From an archaeon GW2011_AR15 (GTDB lineage: Archaea > Nanobdellota > Nanobdellia > Woesearchaeales > GW2011-AR15), in assembly GCA_000830295.1 (NCBI GenBank), contig CP010425.1, forward strand, positions 640,001 to 704,000: a stretch of 64,000 nt of DNA, written 5' to 3'. Under the pieces are notes generated by a model. It was not told the origin of the DNA. It saw only the letters and a program-made list of their open reading frames with translations, and ran no database searches. Positions within the stretch are counted from its first letter, which is position 1, and each line of letters starts with the position of its first letter. The translations under genes and the position numbers were made by a program. Below are positions 38,657 to 47,753 of the stretch, one piece after another.

Positions 38657-39085
38657 ATGGTAGACGTAAGGATAGTTAAGGATGACAAGGAGATGACAAC
38701 CCCGCATTATGTCCATGAGGGCGATGCAGGGATTGACCTTAGGTCTTCAGTCGAATATGTTCTTAAGCCTGGCGAAACATATGCTGTCCCGACAGCAGTC
38801 AGGATGGCAATTCCCGAAGGATATGCCGGGCTTGTCTGGGACAAGAGCGGCTATGCAGCAAAGAATTCCATACACACACTGGCAGGCGTGATTGACTCGG
38901 GCTACAGGGGGGAAATCAGGATAGTCATGAAGAACTTAGGCAAAGAAAATTTTGAGATAAAAAAAGACATGAAGATTGCGCAGATACTCATACAGCCTGT
39001 TGTAAGAGCTAATCTTATTGAAGAAGAAACACTTGATGATACGAGAAGAGGACATGGCGGCTTCGGCAGCACAGGGAAACACTAG
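38657..39085 (+). CDS. dut: dUTP diphosphatase
   Basis: GDAGIDL, GVIDSGYRGEI, IAQIL, RGHGGFGSTG. Confidence 0.96.
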   Translation: MVDVRIVKDDKEMTTPHYVHEGDAGIDLRSSVEYVLKPGETYAVPTAVRMAIPEGYAGLVWDKSGYAAKNSIHTLAGVIDSGYRGEIRIVMKNLGKENFEIKKDMKIAQILIQPVVRANLIEEETLDDTRRGHGGFGSTGKH

Positions 39086-39097
39086 AGAGGTAAAAAA

Positions 39098-39199
39098 ATG
39101 GCAAAAGCAGAAACAGTAACAAAAAAAACAACAATAAGCTATGAATCAATGATAACAAGCAAGAAGCTCAGCTCTTTCTTTGATGAAGAAGAGGAATAA
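39098..39199 (+). CDS. 33-aa micro-protein, absent from the ORF track
   Basis: SD GAGGT then MAKAETVTKKTTISYESMITSKKLSSFFDEEEE. Confidence 0.5.
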   Translation: MAKAETVTKKTTISYESMITSKKLSSFFDEEEE

Positions 39200-39232
39200 T
39201 CTTTAAATATAAATTTTCCTTACTCTTTCCTT

Positions 39233-39457
39233 ATGATAGTTGAGATAGATAATGCAGAAGCGGATGTCCCTGTTTTCGGTAAATCTGTCCAGAAATTCAG
39301 CAAATGCAAATACGGCGCGAGCTTCATGGGCCAGAGATCCTGCTCTGTCTTCCACCATGCTTTTGACAACAGCATGGACATACTCCACCACTGCGGAAGC
39401 TGCAAGCTTAATGTGGCCGAGCCGACAACAAAAAAAATCAATGTAAGATTTTTCTGA
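39233..39457 (+). CDS. Small Cys-containing protein
   Basis: TTTAAATA upstream at leaderless spacing; C-x11-C...CxxC. Confidence 0.5.
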   Translation: MIVEIDNAEADVPVFGKSVQKFSKCKYGASFMGQRSCSVFHHAFDNSMDILHHCGSCKLNVAEPTTKKINVRFF

Positions 39458-40070
39458 GGCTTTCCTTTATCCTGCTGAAAACCTCTTCCCTGCTTCCCGA
39501 GGCATCTATTGTTTTCCAGCTGCCCCTGAACTCAGGCATAGCTGAAATTTCCTTGTATCCTTCAGCTATCTCCCTGAAGAAATCCACCCCCTTTGACTCG
39601 AACTTGTCCCCGTCTTTGTCAAATGTTCTCTTTAACCCTGACGCAGGGTCAAGCTCAAAGAACAGGATTAAATCCGGCAGGAAACCTTCAATTGCAGTCC
39701 TGTTTATTTCCATGACTTTTTTTATTCCCAGTTTTCTTGCGCTGCCCTGGTAAGCAAGGCTGCTTACTACAGACCTGTCTGATATGATAATTCCGCCTTT
39801 TTTCAGCACAGGAGAAACAACAGCCCTCAATGACTGGGCTCTTGATGCAGCATAGAGATAAGCTTCTGTCTCAGCTGCCATTATCTCTTTGTAAGAGGTT
39901 CCCTGGACAATCTTCCTTATTGACTCTGAAATTTCTGTGCCTCCGGGCTCCCTCGTCAAAAGGATTTCCCTGTCAGGATACAGCCCTTTTAGGTATTTGT
40001 GGAGCTTGGCAGCCTGTGTAGTCTTTCCAGTGCCTACAACGCCCTCCAGAACAATGTAAATTCCTTTCAT
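39438..40070 (-). CDS. tmk: Thymidylate kinase
   Basis: EGVVGTGKTT, TREPGGT, SDRSVVSSLAYQG. Confidence 0.95.
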   Translation of the reverse strand: MKGIYIVLEGVVGTGKTTQAAKLHKYLKGLYPDREILLTREPGGTEISESIRKIVQGTSYKEIMAAETEAYLYAASRAQSLRAVVSPVLKKGGIIISDRSVVSSLAYQGSARKLGIKKVMEINRTAIEGFLPDLILFFELDPASGLKRTFDKDGDKFESKGVDFFREIAEGYKEISAMPEFRGSWKTIDASGSREEVFSRIKESLRKILH

Positions 40071-40164
40071 CAGCGTAGAGATTATATCCTAGTTTAAAAA
40101 AATTATGACATTACTATAAAAAGCAATAACTTATTTAAATGAACTAATTCTCCACAAATTCTAT

Positions 40165-40236
40165 GGCGATAGTCGTATAATGGTAGTATATAGGACTGTG
40201 GATCCTGTGGAGGGAGTCCGATTCTCCCCTATCGCC
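40165..40236 (+). tRNA. tRNA-His (GUG), encoded G-1, no encoded CCA
   Basis: Acceptor GCGATAG/CTATCGC; anticodon arm TAGGA-CTGTGGA-TCCTG; T arm GGGAG-TCCGATT-CTCCC; TTTAAAT promoter upstream. Confidence 0.92.
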
Positions 40237-40409
40237 CTTTCTAATTAGTTAAGTCCGCTTGAACGAAGTGAAACGGACAGCGTGCCAACCGAGCTACCAG
40301 TTGGTCTGCTTCTCCCCTATCGCCCTTTTTTTAAGTGGGATTTCAGCGAAGCTGAATGTCGCACCTGTTTGGATTCTAACCTTACTAAAGGTTAGTCTCC
40401 TATCGCCCT
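40222..40409. repeat. Two extra copies of the tRNA-His 3' end separated by ~70-bp double-hairpin inserts
   Basis: ttctcccctatcgcccttt at 40222-40240 and 40310-40328; cctatcgccct again at 40399-40409. Confidence 0.9.
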
Positions 40410-40417
40410 CAACCTTT

Positions 40418-40969
40418 CTACTTATTTACTAACTTAGTTTTCTCTGCAACATACTTGAAGAAAGAGGATACATGCTTCAGCACGTTGTATTCCTGGTTTA
40501 TGTCCGGATCAAGCACAGGGCAGAACAGGGCAGTGTACACAAGCCCGCTCATAAGGTGGAGCAGTGTAAAAGGTATCTGGCCGCTAAGGCTTGCCATGAA
40601 CGGCATGTTGAACAGCATGCTTGACATGACAGGGCCTGTAATGAAATCAAATACCAGCACGCTTAAGAGAGTGAACCCGAAATAATGGAGAAGATTGATA
40701 TCTTTTATTTTTCTGATCAGCAGCCCTGCAAGCAGCGCAACAAATGAATAGACGAGGCTGGTTACAATTGTCCAGATTCCAACACTCCCGGTAATCAGGT
40801 CAAAGCTTGCCATTGTTACAAACACGAACAAAATGGATTTCCATATGCTTTCCACTCGGGCAGTAGGAAGCATAACTCCCAAAATAGGGTCATTGTTAGG
40901 GAAAATCCTCATAAACCTGAATATGTTTACTGCAATTACAGTGCTGAGGAATTTCCAGATTTTTTTCAT
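40418..40969 (-). CDS. Membrane protein resembling an ECF transporter S-component
   Basis: About 6 TM helices; RIFPNNDPI, FDLITG.VGIW, GQIPFTLLH. Confidence 0.6.
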   Translation of the reverse strand: MKKIWKFLSTVIAVNIFRFMRIFPNNDPILGVMLPTARVESIWKSILFVFVTMASFDLITGSVGIWTIVTSLVYSFVALLAGLLIRKIKDINLLHYFGFTLLSVLVFDFITGPVMSSMLFNMPFMASLSGQIPFTLLHLMSGLVYTALFCPVLDPDINQEYNVLKHVSSFFKYVAEKTKLVNK

Positions 40970-41068
40970 CTGAGATACTATACTGGGAGATTATATAAAT
41001 TTGTTGTTGTTATTCCGGAATAAGTCATATCAACAAAATTTATAACTGCAACCTTAATCCTTTCTCTT

Positions 41069-42265
41069 ATGTTTATAGGACTTGTAGGGAAGCCGTCAGC
41101 AGGAAAAAGCACTTTTTTCAAGGCAGCAACTTTGATGAATGTGGAGACTGCCAATTACCCTTTCACAACAATCAGGCCGAACTCCGGAGTCAGCTTTGTC
41201 AGGATAGAATGTGTTGACAGGGATTTCAGGAAGCAGTGCAATCCGAGGGAAGGATACTGCAGGGAAGGCATGAGGTACATCCCAGTCCAGCTGCTGGATG
41301 TTGCGGGCCTTGTGCCGGGAGCGCACGAGGGAAAAGGCATGGGGAACCAGTTTCTCTCAGACCTAAACCAGGCAGATGTCCTGATACATATTGTTGACAT
41401 CTCAGGAGGACTGAATGACAAGGGAGAGCCTGTTGCTGCGGGGAGCTATGACCCTGCAAATGACATTAAATTTCTGGAATATGAGCTTGACATGTGGTAT
41501 TACCAGATATTCGAGAAAGTCTGGAGGAGATTCTCATATACCATAAACCAGACGAGGGAGGATGCAATAAAGGCAATTGCCAAGCAGTTTTCCGGGCTCA
41601 GGGTCACTGAGGATATTGTGAAGGCAGTGCTGAAAAAATTTGAGCTTATGGAAAAGCCTATACTGACCTGGACAGATGCTGACCTGAAAAACATTACAAA
41701 GGAATTCAGGAAAGAGACAAAACCCATCATTATTGCAGCCAACAAGATTGATGTTCCCGGGGCCGGTGAGAATTATGAGAGAGTAAAGAAGCAGTTCCCC
41801 GAGTACAGGATAGTCCCATGCTCTGCTGAATCAGAGCTGGCATTAAAAGAGGCAGACAAGCACGGGCTTATAGAATATCTGCCGGGAAATAAGGATTTTA
41901 GGGTAATGGATGAATCCAGATTATCAGACAGCCAGAAAAAAGCCCTTGATTTCATAAAGAAAAACATCCTTGGGAAGCACGGCTCAACAGGGGTCCAGGG
42001 CGTGCTGAACACAGCAGTCTTTGACCTGCTTGGCTATATCGCCATCTATCCCGCAGGGGACAAATTAGAAGATTCCAAGGGCAATGTGCTGCCTGACTGC
42101 TTTTTGCTTCCTCCAGGCACAACCGCACTGGGATTTGCATACCATCTCCACACTGACCTGGGCAACAATTTCATAAGGGCAGTCGACATAAAGACAAAGC
42201 AGTCCGTGAAAAAAGACCATCCGTTAAAGCACAGGGACATGATTGAGATAATACACAGCAAATAA
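41069..42265 (+). CDS. ychF: Obg-family ATPase/GTPase YchF (archaeal type)
   Basis: GKPSAGKST, ANYPFTTI, DVAGLVPGAHEGKGMGNQFL, NKID, C-terminal TGS domain. Confidence 0.93.
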   Translation: MFIGLVGKPSAGKSTFFKAATLMNVETANYPFTTIRPNSGVSFVRIECVDRDFRKQCNPREGYCREGMRYIPVQLLDVAGLVPGAHEGKGMGNQFLSDLNQADVLIHIVDISGGLNDKGEPVAAGSYDPANDIKFLEYELDMWYYQIFEKVWRRFSYTINQTREDAIKAIAKQFSGLRVTEDIVKAVLKKFELMEKPILTWTDADLKNITKEFRKETKPIIIAANKIDVPGAGENYERVKKQFPEYRIVPCSAESELALKEADKHGLIEYLPGNKDFRVMDESRLSDSQKKALDFIKKNILGKHGSTGVQGVLNTAVFDLLGYIAIYPAGDKLEDSKGNVLPDCFLLPPGTTALGFAYHLHTDLGNNFIRAVDIKTKQSVKKDHPLKHRDMIEIIHSK

Positions 42266-42352
42266 GATGAAGCAGCCAGGAATAATTGTCCAGTAGCTGT
42301 TTTTTCCTGCCTAAGAATTAATTTTAAAAATCCCGCCGTATTCTTCTGCGTA

Positions 42353-43465
42353 ATGGACTACAAAGTAATCTCATTTTACAAGTACATCAATATAGATGAC
42401 CCTGCAAAGCTGAAAAACAGCATAAAGAGATTCTGCGAAGAGAGCAGTATTTTAGGAAGGGTGCTTATAGGAAAAGAGGGGCTGAACGGGGCAATTTCAG
42501 GAAAAAAACAGGCTGTAGAGAAATACAAAAAATGGATAGCTTCTGACAGGAGATTCTCAGACCTGACCTTCAGGGAGCAGGAGTATGAGAAAAATGCATA
42601 CCACAAGCTAGTTGTCAAGATAAGGAAAGAAATAGTGCATTTCGGTGCAAAAGTTAATGTTGCAAAAAGCGGGAGATATATAACCCCGGAGCAGCTCAAA
42701 AATATGTATGACAGCGGGGAGGAGTTCATAATAATAGATGCAAGGAATGACTACGAGTCAAGGGTCGGGAAGTTTGAAAAGGCAGTTGAGCTGCCTATAA
42801 AAAATTTCAGGGAGCTCCCTGGAAAAACAGGAAAGCTTGAGCACTACAAGGACAAAAAAATAATCATGTACTGCACAGGCGGCATAAGGTGCGAGAAGGC
42901 GACAGCATACCTTAACGAGCACGGATTTAGGGATGTAAACCACCTGAAAGGCGGGATAATAGCATTTAACAACAAATATCCCGGCACATATTTCAGGGGG
43001 GCAAATTTTGTCTTTGATGACAGGCTTATAGACACGCAGGACATGCTCACAGACTGCGAGATCTGTGGGAATTCCGCAACAAACTATCTCAACTGCCACA
43101 ACCTTGACTGCGACAGACTGTATGCCTGCTGCGACAAATGCAGGACAAGGCTTAACAGGTGCTGCTCGCAGGACTGCAAAGAATGGCCAAGGCAGAGAAA
43201 ACAGAATAAATTATACAGTACAATAGGCAGGATTGAAAATTATTACAGGAAGCGGAAAGTCGCCATGGTTGAGCTGAAGCAGCCCCTGAAAAAAAGTTCA
43301 ATGGTCATAATAAAAGGAAAGACAACCCGGGAATTTGAGCTGGAAGTAAAGGAGATAAGGGATTATGATGACAAAAAGATCAGCCTCGGAGAAGCAGGCC
43401 AGCTGGTTACAATTCCTGTCACGAAAAAAGTAAGAAAGAATGATAAAATTGTTATAGTAAGCTAA
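42353..43465 (+). CDS. trhO: TrhO-like rhodanese (tRNA U34 hydroxylase family) with an extra C-terminal beta-barrel
   Basis: SFYKY, GRVLIGKEGLNG, DARNDYESRVGKF, MYCTGGIRCEKA, HLKGGI, FVFDDR, Cys-rich tail. Confidence 0.85.
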   Translation: MDYKVISFYKYINIDDPAKLKNSIKRFCEESSILGRVLIGKEGLNGAISGKKQAVEKYKKWIASDRRFSDLTFREQEYEKNAYHKLVVKIRKEIVHFGAKVNVAKSGRYITPEQLKNMYDSGEEFIIIDARNDYESRVGKFEKAVELPIKNFRELPGKTGKLEHYKDKKIIMYCTGGIRCEKATAYLNEHGFRDVNHLKGGIIAFNNKYPGTYFRGANFVFDDRLIDTQDMLTDCEICGNSATNYLNCHNLDCDRLYACCDKCRTRLNRCCSQDCKEWPRQRKQNKLYSTIGRIENYYRKRKVAMVELKQPLKKSSMVIIKGKTTREFELEVKEIRDYDDKKISLGEAGQLVTIPVTKKVRKNDKIVIVS

Positions 43466-43480
43466 GAAAGCCCAGCATGA

Positions 43481-43675
43481 CTAGGCCTTCTTTAATTTGT
43501 CAATGGCTTCTTTAACGCCTTTGCTTTCATTATCAAGCCATTCTTTGTAGCTTTCAAGTTTGCTGATTTTTTCTTCCTTTGTAAGGAATTTTCTTCCGGT
43601 ATACTGGTTGTCATCACAGCAGCTATCTCCGCTGCAGCCACAGCAACCATCTCCGCAACATGCTCCATGAGTCAT
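43481..43675 (-). CDS. Small Cys-rich / coiled-coil protein
   Basis: CCGDGCCGCSGDSCC then RKFLTKEEKISKLESYKEWL; SD GGAGG on the minus strand. Confidence 0.8.
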   Translation of the reverse strand: MTHGACCGDGCCGCSGDSCCDDNQYTGRKFLTKEEKISKLESYKEWLDNESKGVKEAIDKLKKA

Positions 43676-43695
43676 TTTTGTTCCTCCGAATTCCC

Positions 43696-43796
43696 TATTG
43701 GGAATACGATATTGGTGATACGATACTTATTTATATAACTATCGGTTTTCCGATATTAAGGGAATAACCAAAGGTTTTTATATAGGTTTTCCGATA
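43696..43796. promoter_or_regulatory. Four 16-bp operator-like boxes between divergent genes
   Basis: tattgggaatacgata (43696), tattggtgatacgata (43710), tatcggttttccgata (43740, palindromic), tataggttttccgata (43781). Confidence 0.7.
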
Positions 43797-43805
43797 CCAT
43801 CTCTT

Positions 43806-44108
43806 ATGACAAGACATGAAATGAAAGGGTTTCTATCTTTCCTCATAATGTGGTTCATATACAAGAAGGAGATGACGGGGGCAGAGATTGCAATAGAGCT
43901 GGAAAAAAGAAAAGGAAACAAGCCGAGCCCCGGCACAATATACCCTGCGCTAAAGGACCTGAAAGACAAGGGGCTTATAAAAGATGACAGGGACAAAAAA
44001 TACTCCCTCACAAAAAAAGGAGAAGAGGAGCTGGACAGCCACCTGAAAACATTTTTCGACACTTTCTGCGACCTTGATGAAATGAAGTCCTGCTGCAGGA
44101 AAAAATAA
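43806..44108 (+). CDS. PadR-family transcriptional regulator
   Basis: MTGAEIA...PSPGTIYPALKDL..KGLI..YSLTKKG; C-terminal Cys residues. Confidence 0.92.
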   Translation: MTRHEMKGFLSFLIMWFIYKKEMTGAEIAIELEKRKGNKPSPGTIYPALKDLKDKGLIKDDRDKKYSLTKKGEEELDSHLKTFFDTFCDLDEMKSCCRKK

Positions 44109-44123
44109 CTTTGGATTTTGAAC

Positions 44124-44645
44124 ATGATTCTTGAAAAGCTGAAATCACTGGAGACAGAAAGCATTGGCAGGGGCATACCAATAATAGGCTCTGGAAAGGG
44201 CAGGTTCCTCTATGAAAAAGTCCTTGAGGCAAAGCCGAAAAAAGTCCTGGAGCTTGGCACTGCAAACGGATACAGCGGAATAATTCTCGGCTATCTCGGC
44301 GCAAAACTCACTACAATAGATGTTGACGCCAGGATACAGGAAGAGGCAAAAGAGAATTATAAGAAATTTGGAGTTAAGGCTAAAATAATAAATGGGGATG
44401 CTGTTGAGGAAATAAAAAAACTTGGAGGAAAATTTGACATCATCTTTATAGATTTCATAAAGAGCAAATATATTTATGCTCTCGAAGATGCAATAAGGCT
44501 CTGCAGAAAAAACGGGTATATAATTGCAGATAACATAACTTTCCCCGGATGCCAGGATTACAGAAGGGAAGTCATTAACGATGCAAGGCTTGAGACAGAG
44601 ATAATTGATATTGAAGACGGCCTGGCATCAAGCAGAAAATTATGA
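44124..44645 (+). CDS. Class I SAM-dependent O-methyltransferase
   Basis: VLELGTANGYS, FDIIFID, IIADNI. Confidence 0.88.
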   Translation: MILEKLKSLETESIGRGIPIIGSGKGRFLYEKVLEAKPKKVLELGTANGYSGIILGYLGAKLTTIDVDARIQEEAKENYKKFGVKAKIINGDAVEEIKKLGGKFDIIFIDFIKSKYIYALEDAIRLCRKNGYIIADNITFPGCQDYRREVINDARLETEIIDIEDGLASSRKL

Positions 44646-45746
44646 GTTTATCTTTGTCTCCCCAATCCATTCATGGTCATAAAACCCTTTTGATATGAGA
44701 TTTCTTACCAGTTTTCCGGTGTCAGGATTATTTTTTGCTGCTATGATGCAATGCTGGTATGAAAAAGACGTTTCAAGCGCAACAGGAAAATTATTTCCAA
44801 CAACTATTTTTTCATTCCACCATGGCCAGTCTCTGGTATTTTCCTTTCCCATAAGCATCTCATGCTCCCATTGGTAGAATCCCGGGCATCCGGACTGGAT
44901 ACTGAGAAAATCTGCATCAAGTGCAGTCCCAAAATCCCCAATAAAAGCAGGATTCAGCTCATAAGGCATGCCAAGCAGTATTACGTCGTAGTGCCTGTCA
45001 AGCACAGGCAGCATTAGGCGTGAATCAAGGCCACTTCCTCTTATGGTTTTATAATCAGGATGCCTCTTTGAGATATAATCGGTAACGTTCTCTGAAAAAT
45101 CTATAAGCGTATAATCCTTAATGCCTTTTTTTTCAGCAAAAAGAGCAGAGGGACTGACGCCAGCGCCAATTTCAAGCACTGATTCAGCGCCATGCATCTC
45201 ATAAATCGCCTGGAAGCTTTCTATGGTTATAGGGTCAGGGCTTACCAAATGGCCAGATTCCAGGAGTGCTTCAGACAGGCCGTATTTCAGGCAGCTTTTG
45301 TATATTCCACCTTCTTTCTGGATGGTGCCCTGCTCAAGAAGCTTTGATACAGATATCACTTCAACATCATCATTCACAGCAGGTTCAGATGTGATGACAT
45401 AATTTTTCTCTTCGGAGACCGGGTAGGCATCGAGATATACCCTTGTTTCCGGAACAATCTTTGAAAGATTATTGTAAAGGCTGGTTCCATATAAAGAGCC
45501 TATCAGCGACCTCCTTTGGCTAATCCACTCATCAGTCCCGTATTTGCGGCCAAAAAATAAATCTGGAACCACGGTGCTTACACAAATAACCAGGGAATCT
45601 CCCTTTGCCCTTTGATTTTCAAAAGAGGTCCATCTTGCGCCTTTAACATAAATAGATTTTTCAGCCAGTTCAGGCCTGATGATATTCAAAAACTCATTCA
45701 GCTGCGGACCAATGCCTGAAAATCCGGATGCCATAAATGCTTCCAA
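44640..45746 (-). CDS. Protein with a class I methyltransferase-like C-terminal domain
   Basis: VLEIGAG...YTLIDFS...YDVILL. Confidence 0.65.
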   Translation of the reverse strand: MEAFMASGFSGIGPQLNEFLNIIRPELAEKSIYVKGARWTSFENQRAKGDSLVICVSTVVPDLFFGRKYGTDEWISQRRSLIGSLYGTSLYNNLSKIVPETRVYLDAYPVSEEKNYVITSEPAVNDDVEVISVSKLLEQGTIQKEGGIYKSCLKYGLSEALLESGHLVSPDPITIESFQAIYEMHGAESVLEIGAGVSPSALFAEKKGIKDYTLIDFSENVTDYISKRHPDYKTIRGSGLDSRLMLPVLDRHYDVILLGMPYELNPAFIGDFGTALDADFLSIQSGCPGFYQWEHEMLMGKENTRDWPWWNEKIVVGNNFPVALETSFSYQHCIIAAKNNPDTGKLVRNLISKGFYDHEWIGETKINS

Positions 45747-45816
45747 AAGTAAGTTATACTTAAATCTACCCGTATTTTCAAAAAACTATAAAAACAACAG
45801 CTTAGTCCTTTAGAAG

Positions 45817-46482
45817 ATGATACGAGGAGTGATTTTCGATATGGACGGGGTCGTGATAGACTCAGGAGAGGTAATATACAGCTCATGGAATGACATATTC
45901 TACAAAGAATTCAGTATAACCCTGCCGAGGGAGGAGGTTGCCCAGCAGCTCGGAAAAAGCCCGAAGGATTTTACCCAGCATTTCATAGACAAGTACAGGC
46001 TTAAAATCTCCAACGGAGAGCTTGACATTAAGATTGCCATGAGGGAGGATGAGCTCGCCCATACAGTTATGCTGAAACCCGGGATCAAAGAGCTGATGGC
46101 AAGGCTGAAAGGGAAATATAAGATGGCGCTTGCGACCGGAGCATCAAGGAAAAATGCAGAATATTATGTAAATAAATTCGGACTTGGCAGCTACCTGGAT
46201 TTTGTGATTGGAGGCGATGAAGTCAGGGAAGCAAAGCCAAATCCAGAAATATTCTTAAATGCAGCAAGAAACCTTAACCTCAAGCCCGGGGAATGTGTTG
46301 TCATTGAGGATGCAATCCTTGGAATAACTGCTGCAAAAAGGGCAGGCATGAAAGTGATATCAATACCGGATGCCTTTACAGCACACCAGGACCACAGCAC
46401 AGCAGACATGCAGCTGAAATCAGCATTTGAGATTAGCGATAATATTTTGAAAAAACTTGGTGATAATCATGGACAGGAATAA
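45817..46482 (+). CDS. HAD-family phosphatase
   Basis: IFDMDGVVID, KPNPEIF, VIEDA. Confidence 0.92.
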   Translation: MIRGVIFDMDGVVIDSGEVIYSSWNDIFYKEFSITLPREEVAQQLGKSPKDFTQHFIDKYRLKISNGELDIKIAMREDELAHTVMLKPGIKELMARLKGKYKMALATGASRKNAEYYVNKFGLGSYLDFVIGGDEVREAKPNPEIFLNAARNLNLKPGECVVIEDAILGITAAKRAGMKVISIPDAFTAHQDHSTADMQLKSAFEISDNILKKLGDNHGQE

Positions 46483-47731
46483 AAATTACGAAGTGAAAGA
46501 TATTAGGCTGGCAGAGCAGGGAGCGAAAAATATTGAACTGGCAGAGATGTACATGCCTGCGCTGCTTGAGATAAGGAAAAGGTTTGAAAAAGAGAATCCC
46601 CTGAAGGGCATAAGGGTCGGGCTTGCCCTGCATGTCACAAAAGAGACAGCAGTGCTTGTGAGGACGCTGATAGCAGGAGGGGCCGATGTTGCGATAACAG
46701 GATGCAATCCGCTTTCAACACAGGATGATGTTGCTGCTGCCCTTGCAAAGGAGGGAGTAAAAGTATGGGCCTACAAGGGGGAGAGCACAGAGGATTATTA
46801 CAGGTATATAGGCTATGTCATAGATTTTAAGCCGCAGGTCACGATTGACGACGGCATGGACCTTGTCTCGGAGATACATAAGAAGCACAAGGAATTAATA
46901 CCGCAGATTATAGGCGGATGCGAGGAGACAACCACAGGAGTAATAAGGCTGAAGGCAATGCATAAGGACGGCGCGCTGAAATACCCCGTGATTGCCGTGA
47001 ACGACAACAAGACAAAGCATCTTCTTGACAATTATTACGGAACAGGACAGTCAACATGGGACGGCATATTAAGGGCATCCAATATCCTTGTTTCAGGGAA
47101 GACAGTTGTTGTTGCAGGCTACGGAAGCTGCGGCAAGGGAGTTGCAATGAGGGCCAAGGGCCTCGGAGCCGGCGTTATAGTTACAGAGGTTGAAAACTTC
47201 AAGGCACTGCAGGCTGCCTATGACGGATTCAGGGTAATGCCGATGGCGGATGCCGCCCCTCTTGGAGATATTTTCATAACAGTGACAGGAGACATAAATG
47301 TAATAAGGCCTGAGCATATGAAAAAGATGAAGTCAGGAGTTATACTGGCTAACAGCGGCCATTTCGATGTTGAGATTGACCTGAAGGGCCTGAAGAAAAT
47401 TTCAAAATCATCAAGAAAGGTAAGGCCGTCTTTTGATGAATATGCTGTTGACGGGAAAAAGATTTTTGTAGCTGGAGAAGGAAGGCTTGTCAACCTTGCA
47501 GCTGCAGAGGGACATCCCAGCGAGGTAATGTCAACTTCATTCTGCGGCCAGGCCCTTGCAGTTGAGCACCTTGTAAAGAACAGGGGGAAATTAAAGGCCG
47601 GAGTTATAATGCTTCCTGGAGAGATAGATGATTACATTGCAGGACTGCAGCTGAAGGCAATGGGAATCAAGATAGACACACTTACAAAAGAGCAGAAAAA
47701 ATACCTGAGCAGCTGGCAGGAAGGGACATAA
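46469..47731 (+). CDS. ahcY: Adenosylhomocysteinase
   Basis: CNPLSTQD, EETTTG, DNYYGTGQS, GYGSCGKG, GHFDVEID, EGRLVNL..AEGHPSEVM; SD GGTGAT before ATG 46469. Confidence 0.97.
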   Translation: MDRNKNYEVKDIRLAEQGAKNIELAEMYMPALLEIRKRFEKENPLKGIRVGLALHVTKETAVLVRTLIAGGADVAITGCNPLSTQDDVAAALAKEGVKVWAYKGESTEDYYRYIGYVIDFKPQVTIDDGMDLVSEIHKKHKELIPQIIGGCEETTTGVIRLKAMHKDGALKYPVIAVNDNKTKHLLDNYYGTGQSTWDGILRASNILVSGKTVVVAGYGSCGKGVAMRAKGLGAGVIVTEVENFKALQAAYDGFRVMPMADAAPLGDIFITVTGDINVIRPEHMKKMKSGVILANSGHFDVEIDLKGLKKISKSSRKVRPSFDEYAVDGKKIFVAGEGRLVNLAAAEGHPSEVMSTSFCGQALAVEHLVKNRGKLKAGVIMLPGEIDDYIAGLQLKAMGIKIDTLTKEQKKYLSSWQEGT

Positions 47732-47753
47732 TCTTTCCCGGACTTTTCTCTTA

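Noticed and set aside
40222-40409. Possible CRISPR array
   Set aside because: Repeats are tRNA 3' ends of 11-19 bp, spacers are ~70 bp and structured, and there are no cas genes in the window.
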